Positions 51,729 through 64,000 of a stretch of DNA of 64,000 nucleotides are shown here, one piece after another. Both the position numbers and the translations under genes were made by a program. Origin of the DNA: the human T2T-CHM13v2.0 reference genome, Homo sapiens; assembly GCF_009914755.1 (NCBI RefSeq), contig NC_060929.1; one strand, written 5' to 3'. The first letter of the stretch is position 1; every line of letters begins with the position of its first letter. The notes beneath the pieces were generated by a model, which did not search any database, was not told the DNA's origin, and worked only from the letters and a program-made list of their open reading frames with translations.

Positions 51729-53711
51729 AAAATGGGCAAATGACTTGAATAGAAATTTCTCCAAGAATACACACTAATGGCCAATACATACATGAAAAGA
51801 AGCTCAACATCATTAGTTATTAGGGAATTTTAAACCAAAACCCAATGGGATACCACTTCTCATCTACTAGGATGGCTATAATAAAACAGACAGATTCTAA
51901 TAAGTGTTGGCAAGAATGTGGAGAAATTGGAACCCTGAAAACATTGCTGGTGGGAATGTAAAATGATGCAGCTTCTTTGGAAGACAGATAGGCAATTCCT
52001 TAAAAAGTTAAACGTAGAGGTAGCACATGGTCCAGCAATTCTACTGCTCAGTATTAACTCAAGAGAAATGGAAAAGCATATGTCCATACAAAAAACTTGT
52101 TCATAGCAGCATTATTCATAATAGCCAAAAACTGAATATAATTTAAATATGCATCAACTGCTTAATGGTGTATAAACAAAATATGGTATATCCATTCAGT
52201 GCAATAGTATTAATTTTTTTAAAAATAACATACTGATACTGGCTATTACATGGATGGAACCTTGAAAACTTCATGGCACATGAAAGAAGTCAGACACAAA
52301 AGCAATATGTTATATGATTCTATTGACATGAAAAACCCAGAAGAGGCAAATCTATAGAGACAGAAAGTAGATTAATGGTTTCCAGGGATTAGGCTGAGGA
52401 ATGGGGAGTGACTGCTGAAGGGTACAGGTTTCTTTCTGCAGAGAAATAAATGTTCTGGAATTAGGTACTGGTAATAGTTGCACAACTTTGTAAATATACT
52501 AAAAAAAGCCACTGAATTGTACACTTAAAAAATAAAAATGTTGGGAAATTTTTAAAAAACCATTTTTTTTAATTGCACAGATACTTTATATCTTTTTAAA
52601 AACCCAGAAAATATACCATACAAAGAAGTTAATGATCAATTATGCTACCACTCCGAGATATGGGCTGTTAATATTTTGTCTTATATCCTTCCATATTTTT
52701 TAAATTTCTTTTTCTCTTATGAAAAATAATAAGTACACAGAGAAATATCAAATATTTCTAAGCCACTGTTCAATTGTCATCTCGAACTTCCCTCTGTTGT
52801 TATCCTTGCCATTCCCTTTGCCATTTTCATGGCTGTATTCTCTGTGTTCTTGATTTCACATCTTCTCTCTTGCTTTAATCTCTTGTTTGGAGGGTAGGAG
52901 GGAATGGGTGACAGTCTGAGCAACAGGCCTGTCTCAGGTCACACTAATGTATTTTGGGCTGGTGGCCCTCAGCCTCTAGTGCCCAGTGGATGTCCTGGGA
53001 TCTTGCTTTACCATCATCCTGGAGAGCCCCTTGTTTCTCTCCTGTGTTGGATTTCCAGTTTCCTTTATACCAAGTCTTCCTCTGTCTGAGTTTAATCCTT
53101 TATTTTGGTGTAACAATCCTCCTCTAGAGTCCTGAAAAAAAGATGCATGGAAGGTAAATTTTTTGAGGCCTTGCATGTTTCAAAATGTGTCTATTCTGTG
53201 CTTATACTGAATGCTAGTAAGGAAAGATTGGAAATGCTGGCTCAGGGTGGTAAAGGTGCTGCTTATTACTGTCTGGCTTCTAGTGCTGGCATATGATGCA
53301 CTGTCCAATCTGGAAAATCATGTGCTTCAGGCTGGGAACTTTCCCTGAATCATTTCATTGGCAATTTTCTCCCCTCCCCTCTGTTTTCTCAGTTTCTTTT
53401 TTTTTTCTTTTTGGAATTTCTATTCTTTTGCTTTTGGATCTCCTAGACTAATCCTTTAAATTTTCTCCTTTTTTGTGTGTGTATTTCTGCTGGGGTTCTA
53501 CTTTATCTTCCATCCCTTCTAATGACTTTTCTTCTTCATTTTGCTATCACCTTTTTAATTTCCAGGAGCTCTTTGGTTCTCTGAATGTTCCTTTGCCAGG
53601 AGTGAGGGTGGGGTTGGACACATATAATGTCCTGTTCTAATTTTATGAATGCAGTATCTTCTCTTAGCTCTCTGATGACATTCCTGGAAATTGTTTGTTT
53701 TTTAAGTATTC

Positions 53712-53840
53712 AAATTACTTATCAGATACAATGTCCACTATTTGGGTAATGGGTACACTAGAAGCCCAGTCCCCACCAGTATGCAATATACTTGTGTTAC
53801 AAACAAGCACATGCACCCCCTGAATCTAAAATAAAATAAA
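53712..53840 (+). mobile_element. Very short L1PB-like 3' end
   Basis: 'atttgggtaatgggtacactagaagccc...ccccctgaatctaaaataaaa'; TSD aagtattc at 53704-53711 and 53841-53848. Confidence 0.8.
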
Positions 53841-53970
53841 AAGTATTCTCCCCATTTTTTGAGTTGCTTTTTCTCTTTTTGTTTGTTTGCATCTATATCT
53901 TCCAAATTAAGGACTTTCCTTAGAAGTCTAGTATTCTTCAATTGACTGCTTATGATTTAGAGTTGAGGAC

Positions 53971-54384
53971 TGACATGGTTTGGATGTGTGTCCCCTCCAA
54001 ATCTCATGTTGTAATGCAATCCTCATTGTTGGAATCACTGGTGGGAAGTGATTGGATCACAGGGGTGGATTCCTCATGGATGGCTTAGTGCCATCTCACT
54101 GGTGATGAGTGGGTTCTTGCTCTGAGTTCACACAAGATCTGGTTGTTTAAATGAGTCTGGGACCTCTCCCTTCTCTCTCGTCCTGCTGCTCTCACAAGGT
54201 GACATGCTGGCTCCCCTTCATCTTCCACCATGATTACAAGTTTCCCAAAGCCCTCACTAGAATCAGATGCCAGCTCTATGCTTCATGTACATCCTTCAGA
54301 ACCATGAGTCAATAAACCTCTTTTCTTTATAAATTGCTCAGTCTTAGGTATTTCTTTATAGCAACGCAAAAACAGACTAACACA
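53971..54384 (+). mobile_element. MST (MaLR) solo LTR
   Basis: 'tgacatggtttggatgtgtgtcccctccaaatctcatgttg...aataaacctcttttctttataaatt...gactaacaca'. Confidence 0.88.
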
Positions 54385-55353
54385 AAAACTGAAAGTCTGC
54401 TTGGGAGCTCTGAGTATGTAGTTTGAACTTGAGAAACCTACACTTTACTGTAGGGTGATGTGAGTAACCCATTTGTTGGGGAAGACCTACCTTAGGTCTT
54501 TCCTTTGGACTGGCAAAATGAGCCAGAGAGTTTTCTATCTCCTTCCAAGATGGTAAAGGTCTGAGTGTCATCATTCTGGCACTGAGTGAGGGAAGGGCTG
54601 GGAGTTTCTACATTCAGCACTGAGAAAATATACAGTCACTTAATTCCCTATTTCAGGTACTCACTGTGCCTGTCAATCCATTAACACCCCCAGTTCCAGA
54701 AGAGTCTGGTACTGCTTGTTCCTGTGACTTTCGGTTGAATTCTGAGCGTATACCAGCTCTGGTTTAAGATTATTCTTTCCTAGGTTTAAGAAGGAAGAGT
54801 TATTATGACAGAAAAGCTGAGAGCAAGAATCAAATATTAGCTTTGACATTTCAAAAATATAAACCCTAAAGGACCCAGGACATAAAGTTTATGACACTAT
54901 GCAGGAAAAAGTATCTAAAACTTAGAAATAAGGCAAATCTAATGGCTGCATGCCATTTCTAAATAGTCTGTGAAGGGTCATCTGATTCACTCAGGGAAAG
55001 TGCTTTTGACCATGGTCTACACGTGTCTTCATCCTGAAAAGTCAGAGATGAACTTGTAGAAAAATGATAAGGTGTGGTGATTTTTGAGGGAGGAGAAGGC
55101 AGCTTGGTAGAGAAGATAACTCCAATGCCTGCATTTGTGCGTGTGGTTTTTTTTACTCTATAGAGCATTAACTTGTTTTGTATCTATTTAGCAATCTTAT
55201 TTCTATATTCCTTTCCCCACTAGCCATGTAATCCCTGTTCCTCAAATTTTTTTCAAACTAGCTCTTATTTTGTTACTGGTTCCTTCATGAGCTTGTCATC
55301 TATATGTATGAGAATTATGTTTCTTAACAGTTTGAGAATTATGCTTTAACACC

Positions 55354-55715
55354 ATGTCTTAATCCATTTTGTGTTGCTATAATAAAGTACCTGAGACTGC
55401 ATAATTTATAAACAAGCAATAGAAGTTTGTTTGGCTCATGGTTCTGGAGGCTGGGAAGTCCAACAGCATGGCACTGGCATCTGGCAATGACCTTTGTGCT
55501 GTATCATCATCCCATGGCAAAAAATGGAATGGCAAGCATGTGCCCAAGACAGAGAGGGAAGGAGGCCAAACGTTCACAGTAACTAGCCCACTCCCAAGAT
55601 AATAGCATTAATCCATTCAAAAGGGTGGAGCTCTCATGGCCTAATTACTTCTTAAAGACCCCACCTCTCAACACTGTTAGAATGGCAATGAAATTTCAAC
55701 AACAGTATTGGAGGG
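55354..55715 (-). mobile_element. MST (MaLR) LTR
   Basis: 'tgtcttaatccattttgtgttgctataataaagtacctgagactg...ggttctggaggctgggaagtcca'. Confidence 0.8.
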
Positions 55716-56217
55716 GAAGTAGAAGAGAGATGTCTACATGGAGTGCCTGGGGAAATGGGTCTAACCCAGCATCCCAGAGTTTCTGTGGAGCCCAGCATGC
55801 TTAAGGGATCAGTCAAATGTTTCCCATGTATAGAAGTAGCTAAAGGAGAGCTGACCTGATGCAGCCTTGTGGTCATGATAAGGAAGACAACCCGTGTGGA
55901 CCCAACAACTAAGACAAAGCTGGAATAAAGACAAGTCAACACCTGTCTGTATAGATTAATGATGGGAAACCAGATATCCCCCAACCTGGCCTCATGCCAG
56001 TATGATCTGTAAGTGTCTGGGAACTTAGATGTGATCCCAGGAAATGAGAAGAAATCATAGATTCACTGTGATGAAGTTTGCTTCAGTCAGGATAATGGGA
56101 GCTTTAAATAGAAATTGAATTACAATATATAAATAATTTACCTTTTTTAAAAAGTGGATTATACTGTACTTACTATTGCATATTCCACTCAATAGTATAG
56201 CATGACTATCTTTATAG

Positions 56218-56561
<344 letters not shown>

Positions 56562-59427
56562 TAGCATTCTACCATGCAAGCTAGTTTAATAATTTAGAAA
56601 AACTATACACATTTCTCCTTCCTACTGGTAGACACAATTAGTCTCAATTATTTTGGTTATTAAGTCCTTAGTTAAAAGAACATAGGCTTGGTGGAAAGAA
56701 CCCTAGACTGAATGGTCCCCAACCAACCACTGTTAGTCAAGGTTCTGGTGACCAGAATTGGCAAAACCAAGTTAACTTCTTTTTCAGAAAGCCCCTTAAT
56801 GAAGCTGATCATATTTAATCTTGGCTGGCCATTCCGGAGCAACACTGATTCAGCTCCTTACGAGGAGAGCTCTAGGAATGGAGAACACCTGTTAGGGGAT
56901 GCTCCGTAATGTGTGTCTTAAGTGTAATAGCAAAAAGCAACTGTCTACCCACCCCAAGTTCTGTGTTCATGCAGCCAGCCACTGGGAGGCAGAGATGTGC
57001 CTGCTGGCTGCAGGCTGGTGCTGGGCTCCTTTTAGTCTGTAACACAAACTAATAAATGGGCTTGCTTTAAAAGACATGGGGGAGACTGATGTGGGCTTCC
57101 ATATTTGAAGAAAGTACTTTTCTCCTGATGTAGACAGAGATACCAGTGTCTAAAGAGTTTCCATTCCATGGTGATACTTGCAATACCCTTGGCAACCCCT
57201 GAAATTACACAGGGGAGCAGAGATCTCAGAGTTGATCAGTCGCCTGTCAGTTACCCCAGGATGCTGGCTTTCATCATTTCCTATTTTTTTTTGCAGGGAG
57301 CATGGGGAGCTTGTATTTACCACAAATCAAAGCTCCTCCCATAGAGATCTATTATATGTTGGGGTATTGTTATTACTGTGTTGTTGTCGTCATTGTTCGT
57401 TTGCTTGTTTTTGTGCCTGTAGCTTTGGAAAACCACAGTGTGTTTGGATCAAACAGCAGCATTTTGATCAATATGATCTGGTCAAAACAGATTTCTATTT
57501 GTTCTTGCTATTTTGTACATTTTATCCTAAGAATCAGAAATAGATAATCTATTCAACAAGGTCACAAGAAACTTTTCGAAAGCTTGTTCCAGTGATAGAA
57601 ACAAAATACAAATGCTTGGTTTCTCTTTGTAAGAGAAACAAATGTCATTTTCCCCGCAAGTGTTGAGAGAAAAAAAAAAGAATATTTACAATATAAATTC
57701 TGATACTAAACCAATTACAGGCAGAAATGTGACTATTGCACGCTATTTTATTGCTTTAATAGCATTATGTTATATTCAGGGCATATTATCTTCATTAGTT
57801 GGAAGAATAAAATTAGAATCATATGCAGACTTTCTTAGTAATTCATTTAATTTCCTGTTTTCTATCTTTTTGGTGACTTCTGTAGAAGGACTACTTAAAA
57901 AGTTTCCCCTTTGAAAACGGCCCAACAAGGAAAGAAAACTTCTATTTTAATGCTTTGTGACTCGGTGAGAAGAATGCATTTCATGAAGTCTAACTTCCAT
58001 TCCAAACAGTGACCAAAGTGGACTGGGGTGAGAGAATGTAGTAAGGGCAAGGTGGTGGGTGTGAGGGGCAGAGGTTAGGACTCATGTGCTTCATAAAACA
58101 TAGTGACAATGTGTTTTCCGTGCATTAAAGGCTAAAATGAGTAACGTGAAGCCCAGTTGTCTTAACGGGGTCAGAAAAATAACATCAACTTCAGAAACCG
58201 AACAGTAGTAGGCAACTCATACACATCAGAATATGAAAATTATCACACCATTAAGGATTTTAGAAAATAAGATAGCTCTTCCCCTGCTTGGAACAGAAAA
58301 CCTAGGCTGGCCAGAGGAACAGATTTCAACTTTCCAATCCTTCCCTTCCTGCCCCGCTAACCACACAGATCCCATAGCCTGGGACAATTGGCATTGGTGA
58401 CAAAGGTAGTTGAAATGAATAAAACAGCTTTATCCTTGATACCTATGCCATGCATTCCCAGAAGACTCTGGCCTTTCCAGGCTGTCTTCCACTTCTTTCC
58501 CCCTACTTTCCTTCAGGAAAAAAGGAGGAATCCAGAGAGGTGAACAGTGGGCTGCTGGGAATATTGTCTCCATTTACAAAGTAGAAACCCTTCAAGAGAT
58601 GACCTTCGGTGACCCTATTGTTAAACGTATTATACCTTGTGGGAGACAGTGGTGTTGTCTGGGTTTGAAGTACAAATGTTGTTGATTCCAAGGGGATGGG
58701 CATCTTTGCTAAGAATAAGACAAGGAGCTATATCTATGCTTCATCCCTACCCCTCCCCCTTAAAAAAGAACTGGAATACAATTAAAGGGCACATGTCATA
58801 AAATCTGATTTGGAGAATACATGATGAAATTCTATCCTCAAGAAAAGAAAATGTTCTGTTTTTCCCATTATAAATGCCTTTAGTTCCTGCCAAACCTCTT
58901 CTTATCCTGAATGTCTTAGAATATCTTGGTATAACACAGCACAGATAGGGCAGCACAAACACTGAGTTATAATTTAATTCAACATATACTCATGGAGAAG
59001 AGTTATACTAAGAATACCTCCCTCAAGTCCCTTCCCCTGCCACCCATAAAATAGTTCATGATATTAGGAATCTTTTTTAAAAAAATTATCCCATTAAAAA
59101 AAGACAGTAATGTTTCCATTTGGACTTTGCCACAGCTACACTGGGCTGGAAGTGGAAAATGTGGTCAGTCTTTCTCATGATAGGGCAGATTCTCATGGCC
59201 AGTCCTGGGCATCAAGGTAGTATTAGGAACATGCAGAGGGGCCAGCCTGGCCATGTCACTTCCTAAGGCCAGCTGGTTGTGAAAGACCTAGAGGGTGGGA
59301 CTATTGGTACCTGCCATGACATAGGCAGTTAATAAATGTTCAATGTTGAGATAATCCGTTAGGATCTGAAATCTCAAAATCTGAGTGATCAATATTCACT
59401 TTATTGGCCTATAAAAATAAATTCATG

Positions 59428-59725
59428 GAGGGGGGTTGGGGAGAGATCAGTCAAAGGGTATAAAATTTCAGTTAGGAGGAATAAGTTCAAGAGATCTATT
59501 GTACAGCATGGTGACTATAGTCAAGAACATGTGTTGTATACTTGAAAATTGCTAAAAGAGTAGACTTTAAGTGTTCCCACCACAAAAAAATACATAAGTA
59601 TATGAGCGAATGCATATATTAATTAGCATGTTTTAGCCACTCCACAAGGTATACATATTTCAGAACATCATGTTGTTTACCATCCATATATATGTATCAT
59701 TTTTATTTGTCAATTAGAAAAAAAA
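59428..59725 (+). mobile_element. L1MA 3' end
   Basis: 'gtcaaagggtataaaatttcagttaggaggaataagttcaagagatctattgtacagcatggtgactatag'. Confidence 0.82.
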
Positions 59726-61464
59726 CTCACCCCTTCATAAACTGGCTCAGAGACATTTGAGGACTTGAATATTCATGTAGTAGAGGAGGTTTAAATCAAG
59801 CAAAGCTCTGTTCTTTTTTAAACATGCAGTCCTTTTATTGTGCTGTTCTTGTTTTTTTTTTTATGACTTTGATTTCTCCTTGCATTGCCTTAGTCATTTG
59901 AACAGAAGGGCTCCTTTCTAATGCTCTTTGAGTCTCATGCAGAAGGCTCCATTCAGCACCTGTACTTTGCACAGGGGCGAGGGTATCTGCCACCCTAGGA
60001 TCCATGTCTGTGTCCAAAACTCCCATAGCAACTCATGTGAATGGCACTGGTTTTCATTTCTCTCTTTCAGGCATCCAAGGAAGAAATTACTTTTTTCCCC
60101 AAACTCATTTTTAATGTTTATACTTTGTCTAGTACTTCTTTACATGTGCCGTGGGAGGGGGCATATCTACATCAGCTCAGGCTCTCTTTACTGAAGGAAG
60201 TTGTTTCCAACTGCTTTACATCATGAAAAAGATTCCACTGAATTCAGAGACCTTGTAGGTGCAAAGCCTGATCTTTAAGGAATGAATTGCAACAAAATCA
60301 ATACAGCTTAAAATATAACAAAGTTGATATTGATCATATTAACTCTGTTTCTGCATTCTAGACTCCAAAAGCTAGATTCTCACACCATCATCTGCTAGGT
60401 ACCATGACTTCCAGGAAGAATTCTATTTCTTAGAACCATTAGAAAGACTTTCATCACTGGAAGAGAAATTTAGCAGCCTTCAAAGCCAGACAGGTAACAC
60501 AGATGTGTGGGTCTGGCTGGGTGTAAGACAACAAGGAGTGGTGCCGACTATAGTAAAATAGAAACCTCGAACCCCTTCTAAGAGGTATTCAGATTCCATT
60601 TTAAAAACTACTGAGGTCCAAAAAAATCAAGTGCAAGCTGAATTCAACCCAAAGCACACCAGCTTACCAGCACTAATTAGTCTGATGTTCTTCATTATGT
60701 AGGAGGAAATGAAATTTAGACAGAATGAATAAATTGCTCAAGGTCATACTGCAATTTATTGAAAAGCCAGGACCAGCCTGGCCTCAGGTTTCTAATTCCC
60801 AGATGCAGCCCTATCCCCTGCCCCATGCTATCTCTGGCTCCTAAAATGCCCCTTTAAAAATAAAAAAGGACCCACTTGCATGTTGCTCTCATTAAATTAA
60901 ATGTCATCAAACTCCTTTTCCCCAGATTTCCTTTAGCAATAAATTCTGAATAACATTAGAATATAGATAAGTTGGTCAAAAGCCTGAGCAGAAGGGAAGG
61001 CCAGGCCTGTTTGAATGAAAAGGTTGATTGCTGTTACATAAGTGTGTAGCTCAAATTTCCCCAACTTAGCAATGAACCTGAACAACCACAGAAAGCCTTG
61101 TAAATCACTGAGCAAGTCAGAAGCTCACACCTGTCTCACTCGGAGAGGGCTCCAGAAGCCCTGACACCATCACTTTGCAGTCACGGTGTGGCTAGGGGCG
61201 AGACTTTCTCCTACAAAGCACCCTGAGTAATGATTTTGGTCTGATCGTTGAAGCCTGGCCAGAATCACTTCTGACATATGGACCCTGGTCGGCCACACTG
61301 TGTGACCTGGTGCAGGGCCAAAATTGGCTTTTAGACTCTCAGAGGCATTATGTCTGTCCTGAAAGAGTTTGAGTTGCCAGGAAAGGGGCAGGTGGTGTAG
61401 TGGCAAGAACATACTTTTGGAACAAGACAGATGTACTTCTGAATGCCCTCTCTACTGCTTCTTT

Positions 61465-62260
61465 CAGTCAGTCAACCAACATTTCCTGTGTGCCCACTGT
61501 GTGCCAGGCACTGTTCTACACCCTGAAGAGACAATGGTGAGCCAAACAGAAAGTCCTTGCCTTCTGGAAATTTACATTTCAGTTGGGGGGAGATGGATAA
61601 TAAATAAATGATTCGGTGATCTAGTGCGTCAGAGGGTGATGGGTGCGAAGGATGAAACTAAGCAGGGATGGAGAATGGAGAGTGCAGTGTAAATGGTGTG
61701 CTCAGAGAAGGCTCACTGAGCAAGGACTTGAAGGAAGTGAAGGAGTGAGCTATGGAGATATGCAGGGGAAGGGCTCCATGCAAAGACCCTGAGTGGGGAG
61801 CATCCATGGAGTGTTCAGGGAACAAAGAAGCCAATGTGTCTTGAGGGGGCCAGGTGGCCTGCAAGTGGCAGGAGACAGTTGATAGAGGCAATGAAAGGTG
61901 ATCAAGCCACTGCCAGCACTCACCTTGAGTGAAATGGTCAGCTGCTGTGGAAAATATCTGGAAGAATTTTCTGATGGATTGAATGAGGGGTCAGAGAAAA
62001 AGAATTACCAAGAATGACCCAAAGTTTTTCAGCTTAAGCAGCTGGAAGAATGGAGCTGCCATTAACTGAGCTAGGAAGTCTGTGGGAGGAACTGGTTGTA
62101 GGGAGAGACAGAGAGAGGACCAGGAGTTCGTTTTTGGAAATATTAAAGGAAGATGATGAATAAACAATCATGTATGAGTCTGAAGCACATGAGAGAGGCC
62201 TAGATGGAGGATATAAATTTAAATGGTATTTAAAACTGTGGAACTCAATGGCATCATCAA
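61465..62260 (-). mobile_element. L2 fragment(s)
   Basis: 'cagtcagtcaaccaacatttcctgtgtgcccactgtgtgccaggcactgttcta' followed by a purine-rich L2 body. Confidence 0.65.
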
Positions 62261-63339
62261 GACTTATGGTAGGCAGGGAAGAGAAGAGGTTCCAGGACCC
62301 AACCCTGGGACAGTTCAACTTGCAAGGTGCAAGCTGCCATGTGGGAGCTGGGTGGCTACAGTGGGTGCCCAGGTCAGAACTGAGGCTGAGGTAACAGTCG
62401 AACCCTGCTCCAGGGACAGCTATCAGTAGAAGGGGGCTACCTTCTTTCAGGGACAGTATGTAGACAATGACTGGCTCATCCGGGGTGCAAAGCCCCACCC
62501 CCTTACCTCAATTTACAACAACTCTGAGAGGCTTCCCTAGATCCAGAGCACCCCATGGTATCAGCTGAGGCCACTGTTTCACCTGCCTTTCTGTTCACCT
62601 CTCCCTTGGCCTGCCCCTCACAAGGATGTGTTTTTTAAGAGCATTCCCATGCACAGATTTCCATTGCAGTCAATTTCCCAGGGAATCTGTCCTAAAACAG
62701 TGGCTTTGGGGCATAGCACTTACTTTACAGTTTGCTCATTTGTCATGTGATAATTCTATCCACCTGGCAGGATTGTTGTAGAGATAACAGACTGATATGC
62801 AGAGTACCTAGAGCAGTGCCTGGTTAATCACAGGCCTCAAACATGGGGAGCTACTCTCTGAGAATCAAATTTTCATTATTCCACCTTCTCAAACTTGGAA
62901 GATGAGACAAGGTGCCATCAAAGTGCTCAGGAGGGCAGCCTGTCTTCTCCCTGACTCCCTTGACTACATGCAGATGCTCCTTGTACGTGCTCTGACAGTA
63001 CCCTCCACTTCTCATATCATAATTATATGTATGCTATTCTAGATTGCAGTTGCGTATTTCATTTTCTTCCACTCCTCTTTCCTGTAAGCTCCTTGCCTGC
63101 CTCCTCCATGGTTGTAGCGCCAGGGACGAGGACATTGTAGGTATTCCACAAATATTTATTGAATTGAACTGACATCTGCCTGAGTGTATGGACTGAGGCC
63201 TGGTTTGACTCTGCTGTGGGAATTATGTATAGACTGAGGCCTGGCAGAGTTTGCTCTGGGAATTATACACACAAATGACCTAATGAAAAATTTGGTCTGG
63301 TTTTCTGAAGTCCCAAGAAGACTACACATCTAACGATCC

Positions 63340-64000
63340 ATCCATCTATCCATCACCATCCAAATTATTATATTATAGAGCATATATTTTTATAGAGCAC
63401 TACTCTGTCAGGCCTAGAAAGGCAATAGTGAACTAAATTGTATAGTTACGCAATAAGATAAGCAATGAACAATAAGCCCAAATAATTAAACAACCATCAA
63501 ACCTGCTGTGGAGAAAAAAACAAACAAAACAGGGAGAGAGTGGGCAGGAAACCTCATTTAGGCAGAGTCATCAGAGACTTCTAGGAAGAGAAGAAACTTA
63601 AGATGAGACCTGGAAAATGGGTAGAAGCCAGCCATGGGAAAGGCAAAAATGTTTCACACCAAGAAAGATCTTGAGAGGGGGAAAGATGTTGATGCATTAA
63701 GAAAAGGAGAGAAAGCCAGTGCGCACGGAACAGAGTGAGGGAGGTGGAGGCTAAGCTGGAATGTCCAAGGTTCACACTGAGCCTTGGACATTCCATGCAG
63801 AGCAGACACAGCCTAAGTGAATCATTCTTCGTCCCATCTAAGAGAATGAATTGCAGGGGAGCAAGGGTGTGGGTACAAGGAACTAGCTAGAGGCTGTTGG
63901 AAGAAATGATGACAGTGCAGATAGAGAAAAGGACATCTCTTCCATATGTATTTTGAAGGGGTCATGATGGGGCTTATTAATGGGGGAGATCAGGGAAAAG
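63340..64000 (-). mobile_element. L2 fragment
   Basis: 'gagcactactctgtcaggcctag...gatgagacctggaaaatgggtagaag...gactagctagaggctgttg'-like purine-rich L2 body. Confidence 0.55.

Noticed and set aside
57480-57990. AT-rich non-repeat block with TAAT motifs, possible conserved enhancer
   Set aside because: Conservation cannot be judged from one sequence, and the motifs are expected at this AT content.

Overview
This window is primate (human-like) non-coding DNA, intergenic or intronic, and is dominated by transposable elements: Alu, L1PA/L1M LINEs, L2, MIR, MaLR/ERV LTRs and DNA-transposon relics. I see no credible host protein-coding gene, RNA gene or CRISPR array. The only intact long ORF is ORF1p of a full-length L1PA3-like element (34166-40315), whose ORF2 is disabled. 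The most notable structure is an inverted segmental repeat (arms ~11169-12479 and ~14058-14977, spacer ~1.6 kb). Its outer flanks are only ~90% identical, but it has a 369-bp core in which I found no mismatch, which suggests recent gene conversion or recurrent inversion. One arm carries an L1 insertion and the other has a templated-looking filler at the same site. A nested same-strand L1 cluster occupies 42.5-52.5 kb. Repeat subfamily names come from recalled consensus sequences, not a database search, and most repeat boundaries are approximate. I found no evidence of a new biological system beyond these structural observations.
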